A stretch of 64,000 nucleotides of DNA, taken from assembly GCA_037379345.1 (NCBI GenBank), contig CM074512.1, positions 1,364,001 to 1,428,000 of the forward strand, given 5' to 3'. The translations under genes and the position numbers were made by a program. Below the pieces are notes generated by a model, which saw nothing but the letters and a program-made list of their open reading frames with translations, did not search any database and was not told where the DNA came from. The number at the start of each line of letters is the position of its first letter. Position 1 is the first letter of the stretch. Positions 1 to 12,470 of this stretch are shown piece after piece. The DNA is from Perna viridis. Lineage: Eukaryota.

Positions 1-972
1 AATTGGCCAATAAGAACATTATAAGACCTTTGGATGTCATGTTATTTAATTGACAAGAACCAAGGGTGATTCATTAATACAGAGCCACCAAAACAACATT
101 GTTGCCAAGTTTAATGATAATTTATCTACTTTTTCTAGAGATATGAGTTAAAGGCTAAAAACCACTAATTCCACTTTCCATAGGCTTCTATGCTAATTTC
201 ACAATATTCAATGGCTTCTCTGGACTTTACCTTAACTTTAACCTGCAGAGGACTATATATCAGCATGATTCTACATATGTCAGCTCACAATCCTCAGAAT
301 GGCATGTGGGGTTAGCAGACTTGCAGTGCAGTACTGGTCACCGGAAGTGAAGGGTCTATAAATAGCATGGGAAATCCCAGTGTTTTCACAAGACAGGGGT
401 ATATTTAAAAATCATTATGGAGATTAGGCTTCACATCACAAGAAGCAAAATGCACCTATAAAATGTACAGAAATGTTTTTCCTTTCAGAAACTGTTTAAA
501 TTTTTTAAATAAGATGAGAACTTTTTTCACAGCACTATGAGGAACAGGGGTAATTTCTGCGTAGGACTATTTTTGCGTACGTTCCAAATGCTCATTGGTT
601 GAATCGGTGGTCTGTAACCTAAAACAATATTTCCTAAAGGATTTCAAAGGCAATGTTTAGCTGCAGCAGCCAATAAAAACCCAACTTGAACATCGAAAAA
701 AGATAATTCATAGAGGTTATAGCTGTCAACAATCCTACCGAGATTCTAACCTGGAAAATTAGCCAATCAGAAGCAAATCAGGTTAAATTATGTGGACAAA
801 AAGTGGATCATTTGTATCAGGATGTACCAAAACATCGTTAATGACTTGTTCAATTGATTCAGTTTTCAAGTAGTTGAACACAATGTTAAAAGTTAAGAGA
901 TGACAACAGACAATTGAAGCATAAAAATGGCTTGGTCCCAGTCATCTAATAAAAATCTTATAAGTCACATAC

Positions 973-1042
973 TATATTGTGACCTTTGGCTCGTCTTCCA
1001 AATGTATATTCCAGTGCTACGGTAGGTTTTGGTGCTTCATCT
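973..1042 (-). CDS. DYNC2LI1: DYNC2LI1 coding exon 5 ([24 protein letters not shown])
   Basis: ttttgcag acceptor, gtatgt donor, 70 nt, phase 2 to 0. Confidence 0.93.
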
Positions 1043-4000
1043 CTGCAAAACAAATTCATACAATGTTTACTATTGATAATCAGAAAAACCTTAACCTATA
1101 AAAGCTTACAGTTCATTAACAATAATGTAATCAACTGCAATGTTATTATTTCTGTTAATATCAACTAATGATAGAATGAGGAAGACATCATAATATCTCT
1201 GAAAAAGAAAGAATATGCCAACCATTTAAAGAATTCTGTAGAAAATGAAATACATTTTATACTTAAGGTAGTAGACCCCAAAACCTCCCCATAATTCAAT
1301 TTTCTTTAAATTTGTGTATGATATTTCTCTAACTGTAGAACATCATCTGACAATTTTTTATTAGAAATCTGAATCATTGACCAAACTGAATCATATCTGG
1401 TAAATTACAGAATAAACAACTGAATAGTAAGTTAAATTCATTTAAAAAGGATTAATATATAAAATTTAATGTGAAATTCTTATTTTATTTATGTTGTAGA
1501 AGAGTAACTGGTCTTTTATTTTGTCAAAAAAACAAAAAAGGGGGCTAATTTTCAGCTATATGTCCAAATTAAAACCTCTTTCAGCTATTTGCCCAAATTA
1601 AAACCTGTTTTGCAAATCCTATCATTCAATTTCCAGACAAAAATGATATTATATAGGGCATTCATGTACAAAACCATAAATGAAGTTTTAGAAAAGTTCA
1701 CAGTGTAGTTTGTTTTAATGTTTAAATGATCTTGAGGTGCAGCTTTTGAACAATATCTTTATCAGTCCAATCAATGACTAAAATCATGTAAGTATTCAAT
1801 ATATAGGTAACCTAATAAATGTTTCAAATTATGATGACTTATATCAAATGAAGAGCACTAAATGATAATATCACACAAAGCCTTCTTTGGCCTTAAAGCT
1901 AATACTCCATCTCCAGATAATTTATCAGTTTAATTAAATGGTTAAAACTTTCTGAATCTATGATAGGACACATTCTGACATACAGCTCAGAGATTTGGGT
2001 AGCATACCACAAGATAAACTTGGAAAATATACATAATTTTATTTTCATTTTTGAAAAAAAAAACAGAATATGTACATGATTTATTAAGATCTGTATTTCA
2101 GGAAGATAAAAAATTTAAATCTGAAAACTGCCCTTCATGGGAGAAATCAGTAGAACAACTACTGGTAAAAACTTTATTTAACTTAAGACACATTAGATCT
2201 CTCTCATGTACAATTGAATAAAGAAACAAATGAGCATTAATCTTGTAAACTTATGGGTCAATTAACTAATACAAGAAATAATGAATCAGGAAAACTGAGA
2301 TCTTATAGCAAAATTGTATCGAATTTTGAGCTATAAAAATATTTAATATTTAATGTCAATAAATATTAACCCTCAATTTTATCAAAATTAAGACTTAGTG
2401 CACACAGCCATTGAAACTGGTTGGTATTACCCGTAATACCAGCCAGTGGTAGATTTTGTAAATCATGTAAAGACAAAATGGAAGATGAGTGTCACTTTTT
2501 AGTCAATTGCCCCATGTATAACTCACTTAGGGAAAAATTTTTCACACTATTTGATAAAAACTCTAATGAATCTTCAAAGGAGAAAGTCTCCTAAATCCAA
2601 CCACATCACAGGTATTAAAGCACATTTGTTTGAATCTAAAAGAATCTCTCACACTCAGAGAGACTTCTCAAAAATATTGAACTTTTATAAGTCAACGACA
2701 AGTGATGGTATGTAATCATTTTGCTATTGTTTGAACATATATAATTACATTTATATTATTTTTTCCATATACTGGATATATTTACTTAACACATGTACTA
2801 TCTAATAATGTCATCTTATATTTTATCTGTTAGTATTGGATTACGTAAATATTGTATTCTATGTAAATTGTACTTGACTATCCTTTTTCCAATAAACTAA
2901 TTTGAATTTGAATTTAATTGTAATTTTAATAAACCTCATCAGACAGACTTTGAATATAAGGTAGTTAACTGCAAGCATATAAATAAAATGAACAATTTAC
3001 AAAATTGATCTAATTCTAAACAATAATCACTTAAATATACTTAAAATGTCTTCCAAATTCATATCTCGCTGTTTAAAGACAAGAAAGAATATAATGGCAT
3101 AAAATACAAGTCTCAATATATTGTAATTGAAACTTTTATACGTGATATATTATGTATATGTACATGAGCCTGAACCAATTATAGTTATTGTGTTGGAACA
3201 AATAAAAGTATTTACATTTGTATTGCTTTCATTAAAAACTACATGTAGTGCCATTGTTTTCATTTCTGTAAGCAAACTACATATTATGCTGTACTGTTAT
3301 TTAATTAATAATGTGACTAGGATGCATCAGAAACAAATTAAACACATGAATTTCATTGAGCAAAAACAGTAAGATTTACAACAGCATTTAACCATATATT
3401 GCAGACATTGACTGCCATGTCCTATTACAGTCTGAGTAATAAGCATTCTATGTGGATCTCAAGTTATATACATAAATAATGCTTTATAAAACTAGGGATC
3501 TATAAATACTCACTTCATTCCAACACTTCCTTCTCTTGCTTAATTTCTAAATCTATAAGTACTCACTCCATTTTTATCCTCTTACTTTTACAATAGATCT
3601 ATGGATACTCACTCCATTGTTACCCTCCTACTTTTAGAACAGATCTATAGATACTCTCTCCTTTTTTATCATCTTATTTTTACAACAGGTCTATAAATAC
3701 TCACTCCATTTTTATCCTCTTACTTTTACAATAGATCTGTAAGTGTTCACTCCATTTTTATTCTTCTTTCTCTTGTTTAAAATAAAGTTTTGTTAGTACT
3801 GAAAGAAAAACTTTATTTATCTAATTTTACCTATCCAGAAACCTGAGGATGATGGAAGTCTTTCCCTAAAAAATAATTATTATATTATTAGTTATTAAAA
3901 AAAGACTGATATGTTTTTATAAATACCATTAGTTAAATATGATGTCATAAAGCATAAAAATTGCTTAAACGCTTTTTGAGTTTCAGTTTACACTAAGTGA

Positions 4001-7000
4001 GAACCCATTAATATGACCGACAGACATAAGAACGGACTGATTGGAGCAGCTACTAGATCTGCTATCATCATAGGTGATGCAGGTAAAAACAAAATAGGAC
4101 CCAAAGCAATTCTAATTTTTTACAAGGATTCTATACTAACTAAATGGAATTAACAAATCTTTATTTTTTTACTGCTGCCTAGTTTCTATTGAAATTCTAA
4201 TGGAACTTGCAAGTCTTTATTTTTATCACTGCAACACTGCCTACACTATAAAAATTCCACTAGAACTTACAGGTCTTAATTTTTACCATTGCTATCTTTC
4301 TGCCATACACTTTAATGGAACTTACAGGTCTTTATTTTTACCACTGCTACGTTTCTACTGTAACTTTTAATGGAACTTACAGGTCTTTATTTTTACCACT
4401 GCTACGTTTCTATCGTAACTTTTAATGGAACTTACAGGTCTTTATTTTTACCACTGCTATGTTTCTACTTTAACTTTTAATGGAACTTACAGAATTTTTT
4501 GCACCAACAACAAATACTGATGATTCATCTCCACTTGATCCTTCAACTGAAAATTAAAAAAAAAAAAAGTAAAAGTTTAGTTTTTACCTTCACTACCATT
4601 CTATGAAATGCAGGAAGTTAATGAAAAAATCTATTGAAGTGTAAAATGAAATTGAGCTTCAATAAGTAAGATACACCTGTTAATCTGTAAAACACAAAGC
4701 CCTATTGCAAGGCTACAGTTACTATTCCAAAATATGCTACATACCAAGTTTGATGAGATTCTGTTTAGCACTTTCAAAGGAGTTGTAATGACAGTCTGCC
4801 TCAGTTGAGAAATTTGGAAAATTTCTAAGCTCAAAGGGGCATTACTCCACAAAAAAATTAATAATATACACAACTATGTATCATATCCTTAGACTACCTA
4901 CAAATTTTCATGAAATCTGGTTCTATAATTTCCAAGGAGTTGTGCTTACAATCTGTTTCAGAGGAAAATTTCATAAAATTTCAAGGAAGCATTACTCCCA
5001 TAAAATTCAGATAAAAAAATTTCTGGTAATATACACACTAGCATACCATGTCCTAACTATCAACAAAGTTTCATGAAATTTTGTTCATTATTTTTTTTAG
5101 GAATTGTGCTTACAATATAATTTCATGAATTTTCAAAGTTATTAGGAGCATGTCTACACATATTTCAAAGTTTTGTGAAATTCTGTTTAGTTGTTTCTGA
5201 GAGTTGCCTTCACAAAAGTGTAATGCACCAACAGACAGACAGATAGAACAAAAACAACATGTCTCCCCACCAAAGTTTGAGGGGACATGATTAACTCTCC
5301 TTATAAGCATACAATAAGTTTACTACAGTCACAAGAATATGAAATTCTGCAGAACTTCAAATATTGCAACTACCTCTGACTTAAGCAGAATTCCTACTTA
5401 TTTTAATACTATTGTATCATGATATGTTAGCTACATTGTAACTCTAACTTGTTGAGACAGGCTTTTGAGTGTAATACACACCCCTAAGAAAGGAATGTTT
5501 CACCCTGTTCTTTGGTTTACACCCATTAGAAAGGAATGTTTCACCCTGTTCTTTGGTTTACACTCCTTAAAAAGGAATGTTTCACCCTGTTCTTTAGTTT
5601 ACACCCCTAAAAAAGGAATGTTTCATCCTGTTCTTAAGTTTACACCCCTTAGAAAGGAATGTTTCACCCTGTTCTTTAGTTTACATTCCCTTAGAAAGGA
5701 ATGTTTCACCCAATTCTTTTGGTTTACACCCCTAAGAAAGGAATGTTTCATCCTGTTCTTAAGTTTACACCCCTTAGAAAGGAATGTTTCACCCTGTTCT
5801 TTAGTTTACACCCATTAGAAAGGAATGTTTCACCCTGTTCTTTGGTTTACACCCCTTAGAAAGGAATGTTTCACCCTGTTCTTTACTTTACATCCCTAAG
5901 AAAGGAATGTTTCACCCTGTTCTTTAGCTTACACCCCTAAGAAAGGAATGTTTCACACTGTACTTTAGTTTACATTTCTTAGAAAGGAAAGTTTCACCCT
6001 GTTCTTTGGTTTACACCTCTAAGAAAGGAATATTTCATCCTTTTCTTCAGTTTATACTTCTAAGAAATGAAAGTTTCACCTTGTTCTTTGCTTTACACCC
6101 CTTAAAAAGGAATGTTTCACCCTGTTCTTTAGTGTACACCCCTAAGAAAGGAATTTTTCACCCTGTTCTTTAGTTTACACCCCTAAGGAAGGAATGTTTC
6201 ACCCTGTTCTTTGGTTTACACCCCTAAGAAAGGAATATTTCACCCTGTACTTTTCTTTACACCCTTAAGAAAGGAATGCTTTATCCTGTTCTTTGGTTTA
6301 CACCCCCAAGAAAGGAATGCTTCATCCGGTACTTTTGTTTACACCCTTAAGAAAGGAATGTTTCACCCTGTATTTAGTTTACACCCCTAAGAAAGGAATG
6401 TTTCATCCTGGGGGGCAGTTGCGAGGCCTTGCCACCCTCTGTACTCTTTTACGTTTACTCATAATCTTTTGTTATATGTTAACAGTTGTTTTTTAGTGGG
6501 GTTAATCTGTTTATTTCAGATATGAATTCTTTAGTAAATTGCTCAAGTCGTGGTAGATGTTTACAAAGTTTAGTTTGTGGTGGTGTATTTATATATCCGG
6601 GGGGGAAAATTTAAAGGATTTTCCAAAATGTTGAGAGGCATCTTAGTTTAACCCAAGGAATAAAGATAGTTTATTTTGTTTGTGGTATTCCTGATGTATG
6701 TGAATTGGTAAGGGATAAGAACTCCAAGTATGAGGAATCTTACATTGATACAGTTGTTGATGAGGAAGTTATCTTTAAAGCTTATATGGATAAACTTGAA
6801 ATGGTGTCTAATAGGATCAGGAATATGGGTCATCATGTAGTTTTCACAACTATAGTTACCAAAAACTTTGAGAAATGGAACACTCATAGATTATCTGTTG
6901 GTAAAACTTTATATTTGGCTTATGAGACCCAATACCCTAAGATGCAAGAACGGCTTAATGCTGTTTTGTTGGCTCTTAACCAAAGGATTGTTGCATTGAA

Positions 7001-10000
7001 CGTTAAGAATCAGGTGGCAACACCGTTATTACATAATTACACTCACCAGATATGTCAAAACGGGAAAATACGCTATAAATATACTAAGCTGATTGATGGT
7101 GTCCATCCTTCCCCGGATGTCGGGCAGAAATGGTTTGATCATATAACTAGTGTTATTGCTGAAAACGAACATCGACTGGCGAGCGTTTAGATATTTTGTT
7201 ATGCATTTATTTTGTATGCTTTATAATTTTATACTGTTCCTGTGTAGCGAGGCCTTGCCACCTATACAGTAACATGTAACCTGATTTGAATTCGAGGACG
7301 AATTTTCGTTCTTGAGAGGGGACAATGTCACAGTATAAATATTTATATATATTTTGGTATATTTTTGGTTGTTATATTTAGGTTGTTATACATTTATTTA
7401 ATACCTAAATATACTTTCGTTTATTATCTTATTTACTTTTGAGTATATTCCTATACATTCCATCTTCATCTCATAATCATAATCATTGTTATTGTAATCA
7501 TCACGTGACGGTTGACTGGACGGCTCTCCGTTAACAGGTTCACGCTGCACGGACTTTACTTTTCTTTTATTAAATTGTCATTCTGCACTTCGACTTTCAC
7601 CAGAGTGGATCGTCTTATCAACATCCTTTATTGCAGGTTAGTCAATTGTAATAATCTTTGTAAAATGTTTGATATTTGAATTTAACGGCGGTATGTTTCA
7701 TATATTATTCATTGTCTTCATTCCATTTATAATTCATGTCCTTTATTGCAGAATTAAATATCATCGTTGACAACTGGCAATTATACTTATTTTCGCCTTG
7801 CCCAACATAATCTAATGATGAGCATAATTTCCGGCGACATTTAGTTTACATCCTGAGAAAGGAATGTACTTAAGAACTTTACCTTTGCTTTCATCTGTCT
7901 GTTGGATTGCTGTATCCCATAATGACTTTTCTATGCTGCAAAAAGACAAAGAAATGTTCATGAAATATAGAATTATTTAGTATTGTATGTACATATGTAA
8001 TTGTTTTGCCACTGGCCATGTATCCTTATTCTTGATAATACAGTCAAATGCCTAAACTTTTAGCTACAATTTATTTAGGATAATCCCCATTATACCTAGT
8101 ATATTTGATATTAATTCATCTTAAAAATACACTAAAACCAGACCAACAACATGTTTAGACCTGTGTCACTATCATTTATTTACAATGTATCAGGATATGC
8201 ATATCTTTAATATATGCAATTATAAATACTAAGCAAGTTAAAAAATATATATTAAGGGTTACAAAATACCTACAGTATGTTTTTTATGATAGGAGGTGCA
8301 CATCTTCAGTACGTATATAAACAATGTGAAAACTTAAATTATATTTGTTCAATACTTATCGAGTTAAAGGTTACATAAAGTAAGTACCCTTTACAATACA
8401 AGTGATCAAAAAATGGCTAGGTTCAACTCTATTGTTCAAGTAAAACAAATATAAATTCACAGACAAAGTATGATTAAATCCAAATTTGGATAAGTACAAT
8501 GTAAGTTATAAAGTTTTAAAAATTGGTCGTTAAGTCACCAACCATAATTTTTTTAATCTGTTTTTTATTAAGTCACAGACCAGTCAATATTTAGGACATT
8601 GTAAATCTTAGAAACCGAGGAACTTGCAATTCTGTACAGAGGTAAAGTTTGACATGCTAAACAAGATAATACAAAAAATAAATGGAAACAAACAAAAAAA
8701 TTTGTTGCCCCAACTGATTTTCCAGCAAATATTTCAAAATGCTTTGATTTAGAGGAAGTTTAGATTTGTAGGCTGAAAATGATATGCTGAATCTAACTTT
8801 TGATGTTTCAAGGCCATTCAAACATTGCTGTTGCCACCAAACCTTCAAACTGCTTTGATTCTGGAGAAATTTTTAGGGTGAAAGTAATGTGCCAGATCTA
8901 AATTTTGATGTTCCAAGGCAATATGTGCACAGGGGGTGATTTGCTCCATGTTTCATTAAACATAAGCTTTAATTATTATTATTATTTTTCCATCATCTTT
9001 CGTCTTCCTATCAATGAACTTTTCCACAGAAATTCTAGGAAACTATCAGGCCGATTCTTTTAAAACTTTACACATATCCAGTACCATCTGAGGTTGTACC
9101 TAAAGTTTTAAAAACTCCAAAAAAAGGTGGCCATTTTGAAATGGCTGTCAAATAAGATAACTAAAGCTCTAGAGACCCTGAATGGCTCATCTGGTCAAAA
9201 ATGGTCTTTTTAGCTTTCTACAGCAAGATTCTTGCCCCTACCGTACTGTTGTCACAAGAATCATTTAATCAATAGAGAGCATCTTAGTTATTCACCTGGT
9301 TTTCATAGTCATTTTTTACTCTTCAAGAACAATAACTCCAACATCAATCAACAGATCTCTATGAAAATTTTGGCATAGGTCCACCTCACCATGATGATCA
9401 TTCTTACCCTGAGAAAATTTTGCTAAATCCATTAGTTCTTAAGTTATTTCTACAAATCCTCAAATTTTAGTAATGGCAGCCATGTTTTTCAACAGAAAAA
9501 AGACCTCCTCACACAGTTAAGGATATCCTAACAAACATTCTTGTCATGTTTGTTTACAATCCATCCTACTAGCAGTCTTAGAGGAGAAGAGGTATGTGGA
9601 GAAAACATATTTTCCCTTACAAGACCAATTTATATGACATTTTTAGTTATGGGTTGAGTTTGTGTGAAAAACCAGTTGCTATGGCTAACCATGTACCCAT
9701 TAATGGTGTGCTTGATTTGCAATGTCTCTATATAAAGGTTTAACATTAATTAGTTCATGTATGTATTATTCATAATTATAGTTTACATTTCAGATAGAAT
9801 TTGGAAAATATAAGTCTAGCTGAAGGTCAATTTTTCAGTGTTTGTTACGTTGCTCCGTAAGCAGGAAAGTGTAAACTATTTTCACTTAATAATTTGATAT
9901 TGTAAAATTTTGCAGAGCTGAGCTTTGAAGTGCTTAGTATTTGGAAATATAAGTATTCTTTTTACAGATTAGTCACTTACATGTACATCATTTTCTATTG

Positions 10001-10852
10001 TGAGCTATTTTTGATTCAGGTCAAACTGGTTCGTTTGCAGTATTTTTCAATTCTATATTTTTACTTGCAAAGCAGACATGAAAGGAATCGATTTTCATGG
10101 TAATTTGCACTCAAATAAAAGTGTATCTGAACCTTAGCCTGGAGTTCAGTAGGCCCATGATACCTAATAATCAATGAAAATTTAATTGTTAATGTTAAAG
10201 AGTTTAATTTGCAGTTAAAGGAGACGTGACACAAAAAATATCATTTCGTAAACATTTATATTTATAAAAACTATGGTATGTATAGATGAGAGTGTAACAA
10301 AGTTTTCTCATCAAACTAGTGCTATTAATAAAATTCGAATCATTTATTTGAGTTTTGCGATGACCTAAATAATATGCATACATGAAAACTGGAACTAACG
10401 CTAAATTACCATATATGGAAGTGCTATGTCATTGGTTCTCAATCTCCATTTGGGTACATTGAAAATGTACACACCTGCCCGAAAAAATTAATAAATCTTC
10501 GAAAATAGCTTGTATATACATGTACATGTATGACGCAGAGTAGTCCATTGATATGTGTATGGGTGCAATAATTGTAATTGAAAGTAAGGAGACTGAAGTT
10601 CTTCTCGTTTTCTGTCAGCTTTTCATTTTCGTTAGGCGTACATCCCTGCATGGTGAATACACAACTACTTAGCACACTATTTTTAGGACTTGAAATAAAA
10701 TGGTGACACTATGTATTACTTACTTACTTACTTACTATCACGAAGGACTCCGCCACGTAAAAACTACAAATATATTTCGTTCCGGCACGATTTTCTACAA
10801 GAAGACAGTGTCTAATAAAATTGCTTCAAAAGAAAACAAACCTTCTTGACAT
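973..10852 (-). CDS. DYNC2LI1: Cytoplasmic dynein 2 light intermediate chain 1, 5' part (exons 10842-10852, 7883-7935, 4491-4546, 3831-3865, 973-1042; continues beyond left edge)
   Basis: GT-AG exons with compatible phases splice to [75 protein letters not shown]. This matches the DYNC2LI1 N-terminus (P-loop-like GxKNxGKT, then [18 protein letters not shown]). Confidence 0.93.
3490..3770. repeat. Degenerate minisatellite, ~46-bp unit, ~6 copies
   Basis: Recurring atctataa-tactcactccatttttatcct motif with ~46-bp period. Confidence 0.8.
3831..3865 (-). CDS. DYNC2LI1: DYNC2LI1 coding exon 4 ([12 protein letters not shown])
   Basis: ttttag acceptor, gtaaaa donor, 35 nt. Confidence 0.92.
4140..4490. 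repeat. Minisatellite, ~55-60-bp unit, 6-7 copies, abutting the DYNC2LI1 exon 3 donor
   Basis: tggaacttac-type motif near 4201, 4261, 4316, 4371, 4426 and 4481. Confidence 0.88.
4491..4546 (-). CDS. DYNC2LI1: DYNC2LI1 coding exon 3 ([19 protein letters not shown])
   Basis: ttttcag acceptor, gtaagt donor, 56 nt, phase 1 to 0. Confidence 0.88.
5465..6410. repeat. Minisatellite, 41-bp unit, ~23 copies; resumes at 7840-7866 after an LTR-element insertion
   Basis: Unit tttagtttacacccctaagaaaggaatgtttcaccctgttc. Confidence 0.95.
6411..7839 (+). mobile_element. 5'-truncated Ty3/Gypsy-type LTR retrotransposon: extra ORF, polypurine tract and 3' LTR (7326-7839)
   Basis: Interrupts the 41-bp satellite. 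ttcgaggacgaa...gagagggga (typical Gypsy pre-LTR and PPT) directly precedes TGTCAC, and the element ends CGACA where the satellite resumes. Confidence 0.72.
6522..7190 (+). pseudogene. SGNH/GDSL-hydrolase-like ORF (~222 codons, one premature TAA at 6612-6614) inside the LTR element
   Basis: ATG 6522 is in frame with the 6705-7190 ORF. Block I-like [11 protein letters not shown], block II-like YPGG, block III-like VYFVCGIPD and block V DGVHP occur in the expected order and spacing. Confidence 0.7.
7883..7935 (-). CDS. DYNC2LI1: DYNC2LI1 coding exon 2 ([18 protein letters not shown])
   Basis: ttttgcag acceptor, gtaaag donor, 53 nt; SLWD corresponds to TLWE of vertebrate DYNC2LI1. Confidence 0.85.
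10842..10852 (-). CDS. DYNC2LI1: DYNC2LI1 putative first coding exon (ATG TCA AGA AG)
   Basis: aacATGTCAAGAAG|gtttgt. The phase-2 end fits exon 2 and the region is relatively CpG-rich, but the exon is too short for homology support. Confidence 0.6.
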
Positions 10853-12348
10853 GTTGTTAAAGAATGCAACTGGTTTACGGTTAATCTAAGCGATTCACTT
10901 CGAGTAAAGTGGAACGAAAAAACTCTTCCAGGTTAAGAGAAAGGCTGGGGAGTTCCGATTGTTCAAAAGATCAAGGACCAGGGTTTCTTTAAGGATAATA
11001 ACGCACGCACACGTACCTATAGTTTCAGACCTCAATCAAAAGGCACGTGTCAAAAGAATTTCGGACATAAATATGATTCGGCCTTGGTTATTTTATTCCG
11101 CGGTTTCATTGCATTTTATACGAGAGTGAGTTATTTATGTTGACAATTAAACAAACACGTTTATGGAAATGTGGCAATTAAACAATTACGTTTACGCTTA
11201 TAACCTATTTTCATTACAGGTCTATGCTTAAAACATGATGATTAAGTAAATTTGCGTGCCATGTGTTATTTTCTTGAATAAAATGTAGAAACTTGTATGT
11301 AAAAAGAACAAGATTTTACTGCGTTAGCTATCTTTTTTTTAAAGATAATACTTGTTTTTCAGTGTTTAGAATCGCAATTTTTTACGATACAACAATACTC
11401 CCCGCGGGGTATTTAATTGTTGTTCCCTAATAATACACAAATGGTTTAAGTGGTTGAAAAAGAACTGCGGATTAGATAACTTTATTTCTACAAGGTGTGC
11501 AAGCATACGCACTGTGCTAATATCAATCGAACGCGCCGTGCTACTTATTTTTAACATTGAAGTCTACATATATTAACTAGAAATCAATTAATTTCTAGGC
11601 CGGTGACTTCATGTACATATAAATATGTCCTACATGCAGTGACAGAACGGAACAGTTGATGGATGTAACTTCAATTAGATTGCTGTCTGTCTTTTTTTAA
11701 ACCAATTCTTACAGTTCATATTTCATTGCTCTACTTTAAATGACAAAAGCTTATCTTAGAAATCAACTCGATAACGTGACTTTTGAAAATACAAGGGAGA
11801 GGATATACATGTATAAAGCATGAACTTTATTCGTGTGCCGACTATCTCTACTCGCTATTAAAACAAGCATTATAAAGTAAAAAGTCCAGTTTTTATCTAT
11901 TTGTAAACGAAAAGTAAATTCTGGTCAGATAGATCTCCAATATTAAAAACTTTGTCTTTAAATTCAGACGCAGATAATCGTGTATTGGCAGTTTCCCCGA
12001 CCTAAATATACCAAAATGTAGTTAATTTAAAAGACGTAGGTGCGGTGTATCATCTAATTTCCCCTTTTATTCTAAAAATTGACACTAAGAAAATGATTTA
12101 AAAGGTGTTTCTGAAGGTATTATATAGTATCAGCTTGATAATATTTATGTATTGAACAAGGAATAATAATAGCTTAATAATGTAGTTAGCTCAACATATT
12201 ATTATTATTCCATAGATTCGATGACAACGTCAAAGTGCAAACAACACGCTACCAATTATGTTATTGTATAGTCCGTAAAAGATGAAAAATCAAAAGGTAT
12301 TGTTTCTAAAAAAGCAGAGGACGCTCACCCTACCGGTGCACCTTGTCC

Positions 12349-12470
12349 GTAAGTCCGAATTTCCTCTGACCCTGCACCCCTCCTTTTTTTCATTTGGATA
12401 TTGAACCCGACATATCAATATCCAAATGAAAAAAAGGGAGGGTTGCAGGGTCAGAGGAAATTCGGACTAC
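12349..12470. mobile_element. 122-bp fold-back MITE with a 6-bp target-site duplication
   Basis: ~55-bp near-perfect inverted arms and ~10-nt loop; flanked by ttgtcc/tggtcc. The host repeat has an uninterrupted sibling near 14470-14520. Confidence 0.8.

Noticed and set aside
5465-6496. ORFs with TPKKGMFHP repeats
   Set aside because: Translations of the 41-bp satellite.
9675-9689. RFX X-box for DYNC2LI1 (gttgctatggctaac)
   Set aside because: It has an extra base relative to consensus and lies 1.1 kb inside intron 1 among repeats; no support without conservation data.
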